From an uncultured Solirubrobacterales bacterium (GTDB lineage: Bacteria > Actinomycetota > Thermoleophilia > Solirubrobacterales > Solirubrobacteraceae): a stretch of DNA of 64,000 bases. A program made the position numbers and the translations under genes. The stretch covers positions 238,999 to 302,998 of the forward strand of contig CAVUTW010000001.1 in NCBI GenBank assembly GCA_963744535.1, in the 5' to 3' direction. Under the pieces are notes generated by a model. It saw nothing but the letters and a program-made list of their open reading frames with translations. It was not told the origin of the DNA and did not search any database. This document shows positions 9,318-20,099 of the stretch, piece after piece (the stretch's first letter is position 1; each line of letters starts with the position of its first letter).

Positions 9318-10858
9318 TCGCCGCGGGCGCCCGGTTGGCGAGGCCGGCCGCGCATCGGCACGTGCTCTGCGAGGAGCTGCCCACGCGCGTCGACTGCTGG
9401 ACCGTCGCCAGGCGCCTGGAGCACGAGACGTTTCTCTTTCTGCTCGACAGCTCCGGCGAGCCGGCCGAGCTGGGGCGCTACTCGATCCTCGCCTGGCGTC
9501 CCCGCTGGGAGTTCATCGCAAAGGACGGCGCTGCCCGGGCGGGGCCACCGGGCGCCGTCGAGCCGTTGACGGGGCCGGTGCTCACCGAGCTGCAGGACAC
9601 GCTCGCGGCCTTCTCCGCGGCTGTGGCGCAGGAGAGCGGACAGGGCGACGCGCCGCCGGTGTTCAAGGGCGGCGCCGTCGGCTTCTTCGCCTACGAGCTG
9701 CTGCACGAGATCGAGGCCGTCACGCCCAGCGTGGCGCCCGACCTCGGCGTCGCTGACTGCCATCTGCTGTTCTGCGATCTGGCGGTGGTGACCGATGAGC
9801 TCGCCGGTCGCAGCTGGATCGTCGGCAACGGTTGGGGGCGCACCGATGCGGAGTGCCGTGCGGAGTGCCGCACGCTGCTCGATGTCGGGCGGGCGGCCTG
9901 TGTGGGCGCCGAGGCACGGGGGCGCCGCGCGGCGCCCGTCCAGATGGTCGCGGGGCGCCGTCTGCGGTGGTGCGACCTCGAGCGCTACGGCGTCAGGGCG
10001 CTCACCGCTCCCGAGCGCTACCTCGAGCTGGTGGGGCGCGCGCGCGAACGCATCTTCGCCGGCGAGGTGTTCGAGCTGTGCCTGGCGCAGCGCTTCGATG
10101 CCGAGTGGGAGGGGGCGGGGATCGACCTGTACGCGGCCATGCGTGCCTGCAACCCGGCGCCGATGGCGGCCTATCTGCGCTATCCGCAGCTGGAGCTGCT
10201 GTCGTGCTCCCCCGAGCGCTTCCTGCGGGTCGACGCCGGACGCTGGGTGGAGACGCGGCCGATCAAGGGCACCCGCCCGCGGGGACGGGACGCATTCGAG
10301 GACCGGGCGCTGGCGGGCGACCTCGCGACTGCGCCGAAGGACGGCGCCGAGAACGTGATGATCGTCGACGTCGCGCGCAACGACCTGGGCCGGGTGTGTG
10401 AGTTTGGCACCATCAGCGTGCCGAGGTTACGGGCGGTCGAGCGCCATCCCTCGGTGTTTCAGCTGGTGTCCACCGTGCGAGGGCGCCTGCGTCCGGACGC
10501 CACGCCGGTGCAGCTGCTGAGGGCCGCCTTCCCGGGCGGCTCGATGACGGGTGCGCCGAAGGTCGCGGCGATGCGGCTGATCGGCGCGATGGAGGATTCG
10601 CGACGCGGGGTGTTCGCGGGCGCGATCGGCTACATCAACTACTCCGGCGAGCTGGACCTCAACATCGCGATTCGCACGATCGTCAAGCGCGGCGAGGCGC
10701 TCTCCTTTCACACCGGCGGGGCCGTCACCTGCGACTCGGCGCCGGCGGAGGAGTATCAGGAGACGCTCGACAAGGCGCGTGCGTTGGTGTGGGCGATCGC
10801 GGCCGCGCGAGCCGCGACGGGGATCGGCGTCGGGAGAGCCGGTGTGGCGGCGCGATGA
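9314..10858 (+). CDS. pabB: Aminodeoxychorismate synthase component I (chorismate-binding)
   Basis: LLDSS, SPERF, PIKGTRPR (PabB-type PIKGT), ENVMIVD..RNDL, FPGGSMTGAPK; TTGA overlap start. Confidence 0.85.
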   Translation: MIAAGARLARPAAHRHVLCEELPTRVDCWTVARRLEHETFLFLLDSSGEPAELGRYSILAWRPRWEFIAKDGAARAGPPGAVEPLTGPVLTELQDTLAAFSAAVAQESGQGDAPPVFKGGAVGFFAYELLHEIEAVTPSVAPDLGVADCHLLFCDLAVVTDELAGRSWIVGNGWGRTDAECRAECRTLLDVGRAACVGAEARGRRAAPVQMVAGRRLRWCDLERYGVRALTAPERYLELVGRARERIFAGEVFELCLAQRFDAEWEGAGIDLYAAMRACNPAPMAAYLRYPQLELLSCSPERFLRVDAGRWVETRPIKGTRPRGRDAFEDRALAGDLATAPKDGAENVMIVDVARNDLGRVCEFGTISVPRLRAVERHPSVFQLVSTVRGRLRPDATPVQLLRAAFPGGSMTGAPKVAAMRLIGAMEDSRRGVFAGAIGYINYSGELDLNIAIRTIVKRGEALSFHTGGAVTCDSAPAEEYQETLDKARALVWAIAAARAATGIGVGRAGVAAR

Positions 10859-10895
10859 GCGACACCCGCCCCTGCCGCACCGTTCGTGCGTGGGG

Positions 10896-11720
10896 CTATT
10901 CGCCGCGCCAGCGCGGCGCGCGTTTCTCGGCGAAGGCGCTCATGCCCTCGCGCAGGTCGTGTGAGGTGAACGAGGCGCGGCGCAGCTCGATCTGCTCGGC
11001 CTCCTCGTTCTCGGTGAGCCTGCCCTGCGCCTGCAGCAGCGCGGCGATCACACGCTTGTTGCCCCGCTGCGAGAGTGGCGCGTTGCCGGCCAGCTCGCAC
11101 GCCAACGCGAGCGCCATCGACTCGAGCTCAGCGGCCGCCGCCACGCGGTTGACGAGGCCCCAGCGCAGGGCGGTGTCCGCGTCGATGTAACTGCCGAGCA
11201 GAAACAGCTCGCGAGTGCGCGGGGCGCCGATCGCGTCGATGAAGCGGCGCAGGCCGGTGTGGGAGTAGACGAGGCCAAGCTTGGCGGGGGGCATGCCGAG
11301 CTTGATCGTGGCGGCGGCGACGCGCAGGTCGCACGCGAGCGCGAGCTCGAGGCCGCCGCCGATGGTGTGACCGGGGAGCATGGCGAGCGTTGGATAGGGG
11401 TAGCTCTCCAGCGCTTCGATCGCCTCGGTGAACGGGTGTGCAATCAGGCGCTCCGCCTCTTCCTGGAATCTCCCGTCGCTGATCTCCCCGATCTCATACC
11501 CGGCGGAGAACATCCCGTGCGAGCCGGTCACGATCACGCAGCGCGCCCACTCCTCCGAGGCGAGCTCCGCGAGCGCCACGGTGATGGCATCCATGATCGG
11601 CCAATCCAGGGCGTTGCGCTTGGAGGGATTGGAGATCGTCAGGCGGGCGACGTGGTCGGCCGGGCGATCGACCAGCAGCTTGCCGTCGGCGAGCTCTTGC
11701 GGGGGGGCGGGGGAGGGCAT
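10896..11720 (-). CDS. Enoyl-CoA hydratase/isomerase family protein
   Basis: KRNAL, FSAGY, GGGLELALACDLR, GMSAFAEKRAP. Confidence 0.88.
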   Translation of the reverse strand: MPSPAPPQELADGKLLVDRPADHVARLTISNPSKRNALDWPIMDAITVALAELASEEWARCVIVTGSHGMFSAGYEIGEISDGRFQEEAERLIAHPFTEAIEALESYPYPTLAMLPGHTIGGGLELALACDLRVAAATIKLGMPPAKLGLVYSHTGLRRFIDAIGAPRTRELFLLGSYIDADTALRWGLVNRVAAAAELESMALALACELAGNAPLSQRGNKRVIAALLQAQGRLTENEEAEQIELRRASFTSHDLREGMSAFAEKRAPRWRGE

Positions 11721-11772
11721 TGCGCCAAGCGTAGTGGCTGACCGAAGCGGAGGGGCTTGGCGCGCCACTCCT

Positions 11773-11985
11773 CTACTCCAGCACGACGAGCGTGTCGCCC
11801 TCGTTGACCGCCTGGCCCTCCTGGCACAGGATCTCGATGACGGTGCCGGAGTCCTCGGCCTCGACGGGCATCTCCATCTTCATCGACTCGAGGATCGCGA
11901 CCGTGTCGCCCTCCTGCACCTCGTCGCCCACGGCGCACTCGATCTTCCACACGGTGCCGGTGATGTGGGCCTCTACATCAGCCAC
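11773..11985 (-). CDS. Stand-alone biotin/lipoyl carrier protein
   Basis: 70 aa with the ILESMKME biotinylation motif. Confidence 0.9.
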   Translation of the reverse strand: MADVEAHITGTVWKIECAVGDEVQEGDTVAILESMKMEMPVEAEDSGTVIEILCQEGQAVNEGDTLVVLE

Positions 11986-12163
11986 GCAAACCCCTTTCTG
12001 GACGCGGTTTCCATGGCGTGGGACAATAGCCGCATGAGCGGAGAGCGAAGGCAGACCTCGATGTTCATTGTGGATTGTTGAGAGAACGCGCGGGAGATAG
12101 CGACCGCGTGGGACCTGAGGGGAGGCTCGATGTTTGAGGTGGTTCGCCGTCTTGGGAGTGGCG

Positions 12164-13522
12164 ATGAGTCAAGCTGAGTCAGGGGTGGTGATGAGTCAAG
12201 CTGAGTCGGCGCGCACAGCGGAGGTGGCAGCCACCACGACCGCGCCCGAGCATTTGCTGGACGGCGAGCTTCCGTCCACCTATCGGGCGGCGTATCTCGC
12301 CCGCGAGGACGTGGAGATCTTCAAAGGTGCAAGCGACAAGGATGTCCGCAGGTCGATCAGGGTTGGCGAGGTCCCGATGCCGGAGCTCGCACCCGATGAG
12401 GTGCTGCTGGCGGTGATGGCCAGCGCGGTCAACTACAACACGGTGTGGTCGGCGACGTTCGAGCCGATCCCCACCTTCCGGTTCCTGGAGCAGCTTGGGC
12501 GAAACGGGGGATGGGACGCCCGCCATGACCTGCCCCACCACGTCGTGGGGTCGGATGCCTCGGGCATCGTCGTGCGCGTGGGCAACGCGGTGCGCCACTG
12601 GTCGCCCGGCGATCGTGCGGTGGTGTACACCAACGTCATCGACCACCAGGACCCCATCTCCCAGGTGGATGGGATGCTCGCCGCCGACCAGCGGGCGTGG
12701 GGCTTTGAGACCAACTTCGGCGGACTCGCTCACTACTCGGTCGTGAAGGCCACCCAGCTGCTCCCCAAGCCCCGCCACCTGACGTGGGAGGAGGCGGCCT
12801 GCAGCACGCTCTGCGCGATGACCGCCTACCGCATGCTCGTCAGCCCGCGGGGAGCGCAATTCAAGCAGGGCGACATCGTGCTCGTGTGGGGCGCCACCGG
12901 AGGGCTCGGCTCATACGCGATCCAGTTCATCCGCAACGGCGGCGGGATCGCGGTCGGGGTGGTGGGCTCGGAGGCGAAGGCACGGCTGTTGCGGCGGCTC
13001 GGCTGCGACCTGGTGCTGCGCCGCGACGAGCTCGAGCTGGACGGGCTCGGCGAAGTGGAATTGGGCAAGCGGGTCGGCGGCGAGATCCGCCGCCACCTGG
13101 GGGAGGACCCCCACATCGTCTTCGAGCACGTCGGACGTGAGACGTTCGGGGCCTCGGTGTACCTGGTGCGGCGCGGTGGGACGGTGATCACCTGCGGATC
13201 GAGCACCGGCTATCGCCACGAGTACGACAACCGCCGCCTGTGGATGCGCCTGAAGCGCATAATCGGCAGTCACGGCGCCAACTGGCAGGAGGCGTGGGAG
13301 ACCAACCGGCTGATCGAACGGGGCGGGATCGTGCCGGCGCTCTCGAAGGTGTTTGCGCTCGAGCAGGTGGGTGAGGCGGTGCGGGAAGTTCAGCTCAACC
13401 GGCACGTGGGCAAGGTCGGGGTGCTGTGTCTGGCCGAGCACGAGGGTCGCGGCATCGAAGACCACGAGCTGCGCGCCTCGGTCGGCGAGGAGCGGCTCAG
13501 GCTGTTCCGTGACCCTGTCTGA
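12164..13522 (+). CDS. ccr: Crotonyl-CoA carboxylase/reductase
   Basis: VMASAVNYNTVW, HVVGSDASG, WGFETNFGG, GATGGLG, LWMRLKRIIGSHGAN. Start duplicated (12164 or 12191). Confidence 0.92.
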   Translation: MSQAESGVVMSQAESARTAEVAATTTAPEHLLDGELPSTYRAAYLAREDVEIFKGASDKDVRRSIRVGEVPMPELAPDEVLLAVMASAVNYNTVWSATFEPIPTFRFLEQLGRNGGWDARHDLPHHVVGSDASGIVVRVGNAVRHWSPGDRAVVYTNVIDHQDPISQVDGMLAADQRAWGFETNFGGLAHYSVVKATQLLPKPRHLTWEEAACSTLCAMTAYRMLVSPRGAQFKQGDIVLVWGATGGLGSYAIQFIRNGGGIAVGVVGSEAKARLLRRLGCDLVLRRDELELDGLGEVELGKRVGGEIRRHLGEDPHIVFEHVGRETFGASVYLVRRGGTVITCGSSTGYRHEYDNRRLWMRLKRIIGSHGANWQEAWETNRLIERGGIVPALSKVFALEQVGEAVREVQLNRHVGKVGVLCLAEHEGRGIEDHELRASVGEERLRLFRDPV

Positions 13523-13551
13523 GCCGGGACCCCCGATAGGCTCCCGCGAGG

Positions 13552-15024
<1,473 letters not shown>

Positions 15025-15109
15025 CCTTGCGCCCCCCGTGAGGTAGAGCAGTCAGACACGCGATGACCAACCACGACCCGAGATCCGGCGGGGGAGCGGC
15101 AGAGAGCAG

Positions 15110-15907
15110 ATGAGCGAGCTGGCGCCGATGCGCGAACAGGTGTACAGCGACCCGCGGCCGAAGGAGCACTTCGACCGCTTCCACGAGCGCGCGCGCACGC
15201 GCGAACCGGACTGGTGCTACGAGCTGACGCGGATGCTCACCTCGCTGTACGCGTACGCCGGCCTGCGCACGCGCGCGATCGCCACCGACAACGTGCCGGG
15301 CAGCGGCGCGGTGATCCTGGCGCCCAACCATTTCTCGTTCATGGACCACTTCCTGATGGGCTGCTACATCCGCCGCAAGGTGCGCTTTATGGCGAAGTCG
15401 CAGCTGTTCAAAGGGCCGATGCAGTTCATCTACACCCACGGCGGCGTCTTCCCGGTGCGCCGCGGGGCGCGCGACGAAGAGGTGTTCGTCACCGCCAACG
15501 CGATCCTTGCGCGCGGGGGAGCGATCACGATGTACTGCGAGGGAGGGCGCTCGCGCGACGGCCGCCTCGCCGAGCAGGCCAAGCGCGGGATTGGGCGCCT
15601 GGCACTCGAAGCGGGCGCGCCGGTGGTGCCGATCGCGATTCACGGCTCCTCGCGCATCCGCAACTGGAAGCGCCTGCGGCTGCCCTCGATCACCGTGCAG
15701 TACGGGCCGGCGCTGCGCTGGGAGCAGGTGGCCGATCCCACCCCCGCGCAGCAGCAGGCGGTGGCCGACGAGATCCTGGTGGAGATCAAGCGGCTGTACG
15801 CGGGCCTCGAGCAGCACGGGCGTCGGGGCGCGCTGCAGCGCGTGCGCGAACAGCGCCGCGCCGCCAAGGCGTCGGGGCCGTCCCGTACAGTGGGCCAGGT
15901 CAGCTGA
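15110..15907 (+). CDS. 1-acyl-sn-glycerol-3-phosphate acyltransferase (PlsC family)
   Basis: NHFSFMD (HxxxxD), FPVRRG, EGGRS, VVPIAI. Confidence 0.9.
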   Translation: MSELAPMREQVYSDPRPKEHFDRFHERARTREPDWCYELTRMLTSLYAYAGLRTRAIATDNVPGSGAVILAPNHFSFMDHFLMGCYIRRKVRFMAKSQLFKGPMQFIYTHGGVFPVRRGARDEEVFVTANAILARGGAITMYCEGGRSRDGRLAEQAKRGIGRLALEAGAPVVPIAIHGSSRIRNWKRLRLPSITVQYGPALRWEQVADPTPAQQQAVADEILVEIKRLYAGLEQHGRRGALQRVREQRRAAKASGPSRTVGQVS

Positions 15908-16006
15908 GACTGGATCGACCGACCCCCGGGATCGGTGGCTCAGGCTCGGGTCACGAGCTTCGGCGCAGGCCCGAAGCCGCTGCGGGAGCACGATGAGGAG
16001 GAGCGC

Positions 16007-16753
16007 ATGAATACCGGTTCGATCGACGTCGGCGAGATCATCCGCCGCACGTTCCAGATCTACGTCGACCAGGCGCCGGTGCTGATGCCCGCGGCCGCCG
16101 TGGTGTTCGTGATCAGCTCCGTGTTCGGCGTGCTGCTGATCGCGGCCTCCCCGGGGCTGGCGTTCATCGCGCTGATCGTGAGCCTCGTGGCGACCACGCT
16201 GTTCACCGGCATGGTTGTCGAGCTGGTCTCGGACGTCCAGGACGGCAAGCGCGACGCCAGCGCTGGCCAGCTGCTGCGCGCGGTCACACCGGTGCTCGGC
16301 AAACTGATCCTGGTGGGGATCGTCGCCGGCATCGGCATCTTGATCGGCTTCATCCTGATCGTGATTCCCGGCCTGATCCTCGCCACGCTGTGGTCGGTGG
16401 CGGCCCCCGTGGTGGTGCTCGAGCGGCCCAATGGTCTGCGCGCGTTGGGGCGCAGCCGCGAGCTGGTGCGGGGCAACGGCTGGAACGTGTTCGCGGTGAT
16501 CCTGCTGCTGGTGATCCTCGTCGGCCTCGTCGCCTCGGGGATCGAGGTCGCCGGCGACGCCGCCGGCACCGCGGTGGGCCTCGTGGTGCGCGTGATCGTG
16601 GGGATCCTCACCGCCCCGATCTCCGCGCTCGCCGCCGCGGTGCTGTACTTCGACCTGCGCAAAGTGCACGCGGGCGCAGCAGGCGGGACTCCCATTCAGG
16701 AGCCGCAGCTCCCCGGGTTCCAGACGGGCGGGTACCCGCCCGCGGCGCCGTAG
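16007..16753 (+). CDS. Integral membrane protein (YciC-like)
   Basis: About six TMs, ALGRSRELVRGNGW and LYFDLR motifs; GGAGG RBS upstream. Confidence 0.7.
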   Translation: MNTGSIDVGEIIRRTFQIYVDQAPVLMPAAAVVFVISSVFGVLLIAASPGLAFIALIVSLVATTLFTGMVVELVSDVQDGKRDASAGQLLRAVTPVLGKLILVGIVAGIGILIGFILIVIPGLILATLWSVAAPVVVLERPNGLRALGRSRELVRGNGWNVFAVILLLVILVGLVASGIEVAGDAAGTAVGLVVRVIVGILTAPISALAAAVLYFDLRKVHAGAAGGTPIQEPQLPGFQTGGYPPAAP

Positions 16754-16783
16754 GTGAAAGATGCCGGAGCCGGGTCGTCCGGC

Positions 16784-18229
16784 TCATGCCGTCCATGCGC
16801 CGAGCAGCTCCTGCGGACCGAGCGTGATGTCGAGCATCGTGCTCGGGGTAAAGCCGCTTCTGGAGACGCCTACGAGCAGGGTGGCGGGGCTTGTGAGAGG
16901 AATGCGCGTGCGGATCGAGGCGAGGGTGAAGGCGTCCTCGCGCGAGAAGGGCGCGGTCTCGCGCCACTTGATCGAGCCGATGAAGGTGGCGCGGGTCGGC
17001 CGGCGGTCGTCGTCGTAGCCGACGAGGTCGATCTCGGGGTCGTTCGTGCGCGTCCAGTAGGGGTGGACGAAGTTGGCCTCGCCGAAGCTCTCGTCGGGGA
17101 GCATGCGCTCGATGCTGGCGCGTACCACCGGCTCGATCGCGCGCCCGCGGAATGCGCTCCAGCCGTCGATGATCCGCGCCAGGACGATGTCGCCGCGGCG
17201 GCGTTCGATGAGGGGCAGGTTGGGGGCGATGAAGCGAAGCCAGAAGCGCAGGTAAGGGTCGGCGATCGTGTAGCGGCTGAGCTTGGTCGAGCGTGTGGGG
17301 GTGAGCGGCATCTGGCGGCTGACGATGCGCTTCTGTGCGAGCGTGTGCAGCGCGGCGGAGAGACTTGTCCGCCCCACGCCTGAGCGGGCGAGGATCTTCG
17401 TGAACTCGGTTTCGCCGGCGCCGATCGCCGCGATCACCGCGCGGGGCGCGGTATGGGCTGGCAGCTCACCGGCCATCACCCGTTCGCCTGTCACCACCAG
17501 GGGCGAGGTGGGGTCGTTGAGCTCGCGTGTGAGATATCGCCGCACGGTGTCGTTGGCGCGCCACGTCACCGCCAGCTGCGGGAAGCCGCCGAGCATGCAG
17601 TAGGCGTCGAGCGTCCTTGCCGGGTCCGTGCTGGTCATGCTCTGCATCTCGGCGGGATTGAGCGGCTCGATCACCAGTGGTGTCACCCGGCCATGCAGCG
17701 GCCGGTCGTAGCGTTCGAGCGCCTCCATCATGTGCAGGTCCGAGCCGATCAGCACGAGCAGCATCGGTAGTCGCTTCAGGTGGCGATCCCACGCGCTCTG
17801 CAGCAGCCCCTCGATGCTGGGCTCCTGCTCGGACAGCCAGGGCAGCTCGTCGATCACCAGGCAGGCGGGCATGCTGGCTCCCGGTGCGTTCGCGCAGCTT
17901 GTCGCGATCAGGCGCAGGGTTGCTTCCCAACTATCGGGGCGTACTCCGGCTGCCAGCTCGGTGGCGACCGGGAGCGTGCTGCGCTCGAGCTCGCTCAGGA
18001 ACCCCGCGAGCGCCTCCGCGGACGGTTGGTCCTTGGATGCCGAGTAGAACGCGTGCGGAGGACACTCGCCCACCAGGAGCTCTTCGATCAGGGTCGACTT
18101 CCCCACCGCTCGGCGCCCGCGCACCGCGATCGCCCTGCCACGGCCGGATTGGGCAGCCTCCCGCAGCCACCCGCCGAGTCGCTCCAGCTCGGCCTCACGG
18201 CCGACGAATCCCGGCAGGCGTCCATTCAT
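16784..18229 (-). CDS. Archaeal-type AAA ATPase with wHTH and DUF234/PD-(D/E)XK-like C-terminus
   Basis: FVGREAEL, Walker A GRRAVGKS, Walker B LVIDE, DPYLRFW, EIDLV...SIKW. Confidence 0.85.
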   Translation of the reverse strand: MNGRLPGFVGREAELERLGGWLREAAQSGRGRAIAVRGRRAVGKSTLIEELLVGECPPHAFYSASKDQPSAEALAGFLSELERSTLPVATELAAGVRPDSWEATLRLIATSCANAPGASMPACLVIDELPWLSEQEPSIEGLLQSAWDRHLKRLPMLLVLIGSDLHMMEALERYDRPLHGRVTPLVIEPLNPAEMQSMTSTDPARTLDAYCMLGGFPQLAVTWRANDTVRRYLTRELNDPTSPLVVTGERVMAGELPAHTAPRAVIAAIGAGETEFTKILARSGVGRTSLSAALHTLAQKRIVSRQMPLTPTRSTKLSRYTIADPYLRFWLRFIAPNLPLIERRRGDIVLARIIDGWSAFRGRAIEPVVRASIERMLPDESFGEANFVHPYWTRTNDPEIDLVGYDDDRRPTRATFIGSIKWRETAPFSREDAFTLASIRTRIPLTSPATLLVGVSRSGFTPSTMLDITLGPQELLGAWTA

Positions 18230-18368
18230 ACTCTGATCCTACAAAGTTTGCCAGAGCAAACTCCGGTCGAGCGAACTCCGGTGAAGAGAACTTTGTCGTG
18301 CCTACCGTGCAGTTGGCGCCCCTGGGCGGCCGCGTCGTGGCGCTCCGCCGCTCAGGGGCGCGGAGGAC

Positions 18369-19196
18369 TCAGCCCGTCATACCCCCGAACAGCCCGCCGG
18401 TGATGTGCAGCGTCTGTCCGTGTACGTAGTTGGACCACGGCGAGCACAGGAAGAAGATCCCGCCCGCGGCCTCCGCCGGTGTGGCGGGGCGGCCCAGCGG
18501 GATCAGCATCGAGGCCATCTGGCGCATCTGCTCGGGGATCCCCAGCTGCACCTTCTCGCCGCCGATCTCCATCGTGTTGTCCTCCACCTTGGCCTGCGTG
18601 AGGCGGGTGTCGATGAAGCCGAAGGCGACCGCGTTGACGTTGATTTTGAACTGGCCCCACTCCTTGGCGACCGTTTTGGTGAGGCCGACGACGGCGGCCT
18701 TGGCGGCGGAGTAGTTGGCCTGGCCGGCGTTGCCGAACGTGCCGGAGGTGGAGGAGACGTTGACGATCTTGCGGAATACCTCCTTGCCTTCCCCGAGCTC
18801 CTGCTTGGCGGGCTCGCGCAGGTGCGGCGCGGCGGCGCGGATCACGCGGAAGGGGACCACCGTGTGGATGTCGAGCATCGCCTGGAAGTGCTCGTCGGTC
18901 ATCTTGTGGACCGGCGCATCCACCGTGTAGCCGGCGTTGTTGACGATGATGTCGATCCGGCCGAACGCGTCGATCGCGCTCTGCACCAGCTGGTCGGGCA
19001 CGCCCGGCTTGGTCAGGTCGCCGGCGAACACCGCGTGCTCGCCCGCGATCTCCTCAGCGGCCTGCTTGGCGACGTCGCCGTCGAGATCGTTGATGAGCAC
19101 GTTGGCGCCGTGCTCGGCGAGCAGCTCTGCGGTCGCGCGCCCGATGCCGCGCGCGGACCCTGTGACGATGGCGGCTTTGCCGTCGAGAACTCCCAT
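18369..19196 (-). CDS. SDR oxidoreductase (3-oxoacyl-ACP/CoA reductase-like)
   Basis: TGSARGIG, NNAG, NVSS, GQANYSAAK. Confidence 0.92.
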   Translation of the reverse strand: MGVLDGKAAIVTGSARGIGRATAELLAEHGANVLINDLDGDVAKQAAEEIAGEHAVFAGDLTKPGVPDQLVQSAIDAFGRIDIIVNNAGYTVDAPVHKMTDEHFQAMLDIHTVVPFRVIRAAAPHLREPAKQELGEGKEVFRKIVNVSSTSGTFGNAGQANYSAAKAAVVGLTKTVAKEWGQFKINVNAVAFGFIDTRLTQAKVEDNTMEIGGEKVQLGIPEQMRQMASMLIPLGRPATPAEAAGGIFFLCSPWSNYVHGQTLHITGGLFGGMTG

Positions 19197-19947
19197 GGTG
19201 TGTGTTGCTCCCTTCGCCTTTGTTTTTACGGGCGCCGGAGGTTATCCGTCCCGAGCGGGCGGGGGAGCGGCGGGCGTGCCCGTCGGCCCAGCGGTGGGTC
19301 GAGTACCCGCCGGCCGAGGGGGCTGCATCGGTCGAGGAGCGGCGCGAGGAGTGCCCGGCGGGGACGATCGTGCCGAAGTCCTGGGTGTACAGCGCCCCGG
19401 GCTGCCCTTCGGCGAGCGCGGCGGGGGGCCGCGGCTCGACCCCGACCCCCGTTTCGCGGTAGGCGCCGTCGAGGATGTTGGCGCGGTGTCCGGGGGAGGC
19501 CATCCAGGCGCTCACGATCGACTGCGGCGTGGCCAGCCACATCGTGCCCCACGCGATGTTCTCGCCGACCATGTACCCGTCCTGCGCGTTGGGGATGTAG
19601 CCGCTCGCTCGCATCCGCTGGAGCGGCGTTTCGCCATTGGGCGCGATGTGTGAGAAGTAGTCCTCGTTGGCCATGTCGCGGCTGTGCGCCTGCGCGGCAT
19701 GCGTGAGCTTTGCGTTGAGTGCCAGTGCGCCCTCGCCATGACGTTCGCGTTCCTGATTGATCAGGCACAGCACCGCGGCGCGCACCTGTTCGACGTTGCC
19801 CTGGTTGGGCGTCAGGTTGGCGTTGGCACAGGAGGCGGCCGCGGCGGAAGCCGGCAGCATCGCCGCGGCCGCAACCGCGCACAGACAGGCAATTGCGCAC
19901 AGGCAGGCCACGCGGGCAGGCAGCGACGTGATGGGCGGGCGTGCCAC
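19054..19947 (-). CDS. Secreted CAP/SCP domain protein (true 3' end uncertain)
   Basis: Signal peptide, LCLINQER, AQAHSRDM..YFSH, GENIAWG, WMASPGHRANIL. The ORF overlaps the SDR start by 143 nt. Confidence 0.82.
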   Translation of the reverse strand: MARPPITSLPARVACLCAIACLCAVAAAAMLPASAAAASCANANLTPNQGNVEQVRAAVLCLINQERERHGEGALALNAKLTHAAQAHSRDMANEDYFSHIAPNGETPLQRMRASGYIPNAQDGYMVGENIAWGTMWLATPQSIVSAWMASPGHRANILDGAYRETGVGVEPRPPAALAEGQPGALYTQDFGTIVPAGHSSRRSSTDAAPSAGGYSTHRWADGHARRSPARSGRITSGARKNKGEGSNTHHGSSRRQSRHRHRVRARHRARDRRAARRARRQRAHQRSRRRRRQAGR

Positions 19948-20099
19948 GTCCGTGGCATCGGCCCATGGGCGCCCGCACGTGAACGTTGGGCGGAGGTGTG
20001 GACATCTCTACTACTTACAACGCCAGCACGCGCCCGAGGAACTCGGAACGGGAGGGGGGCGGCCCCCCTCCCGACCTCCCTCCGTTGCGGGCCACCGGC

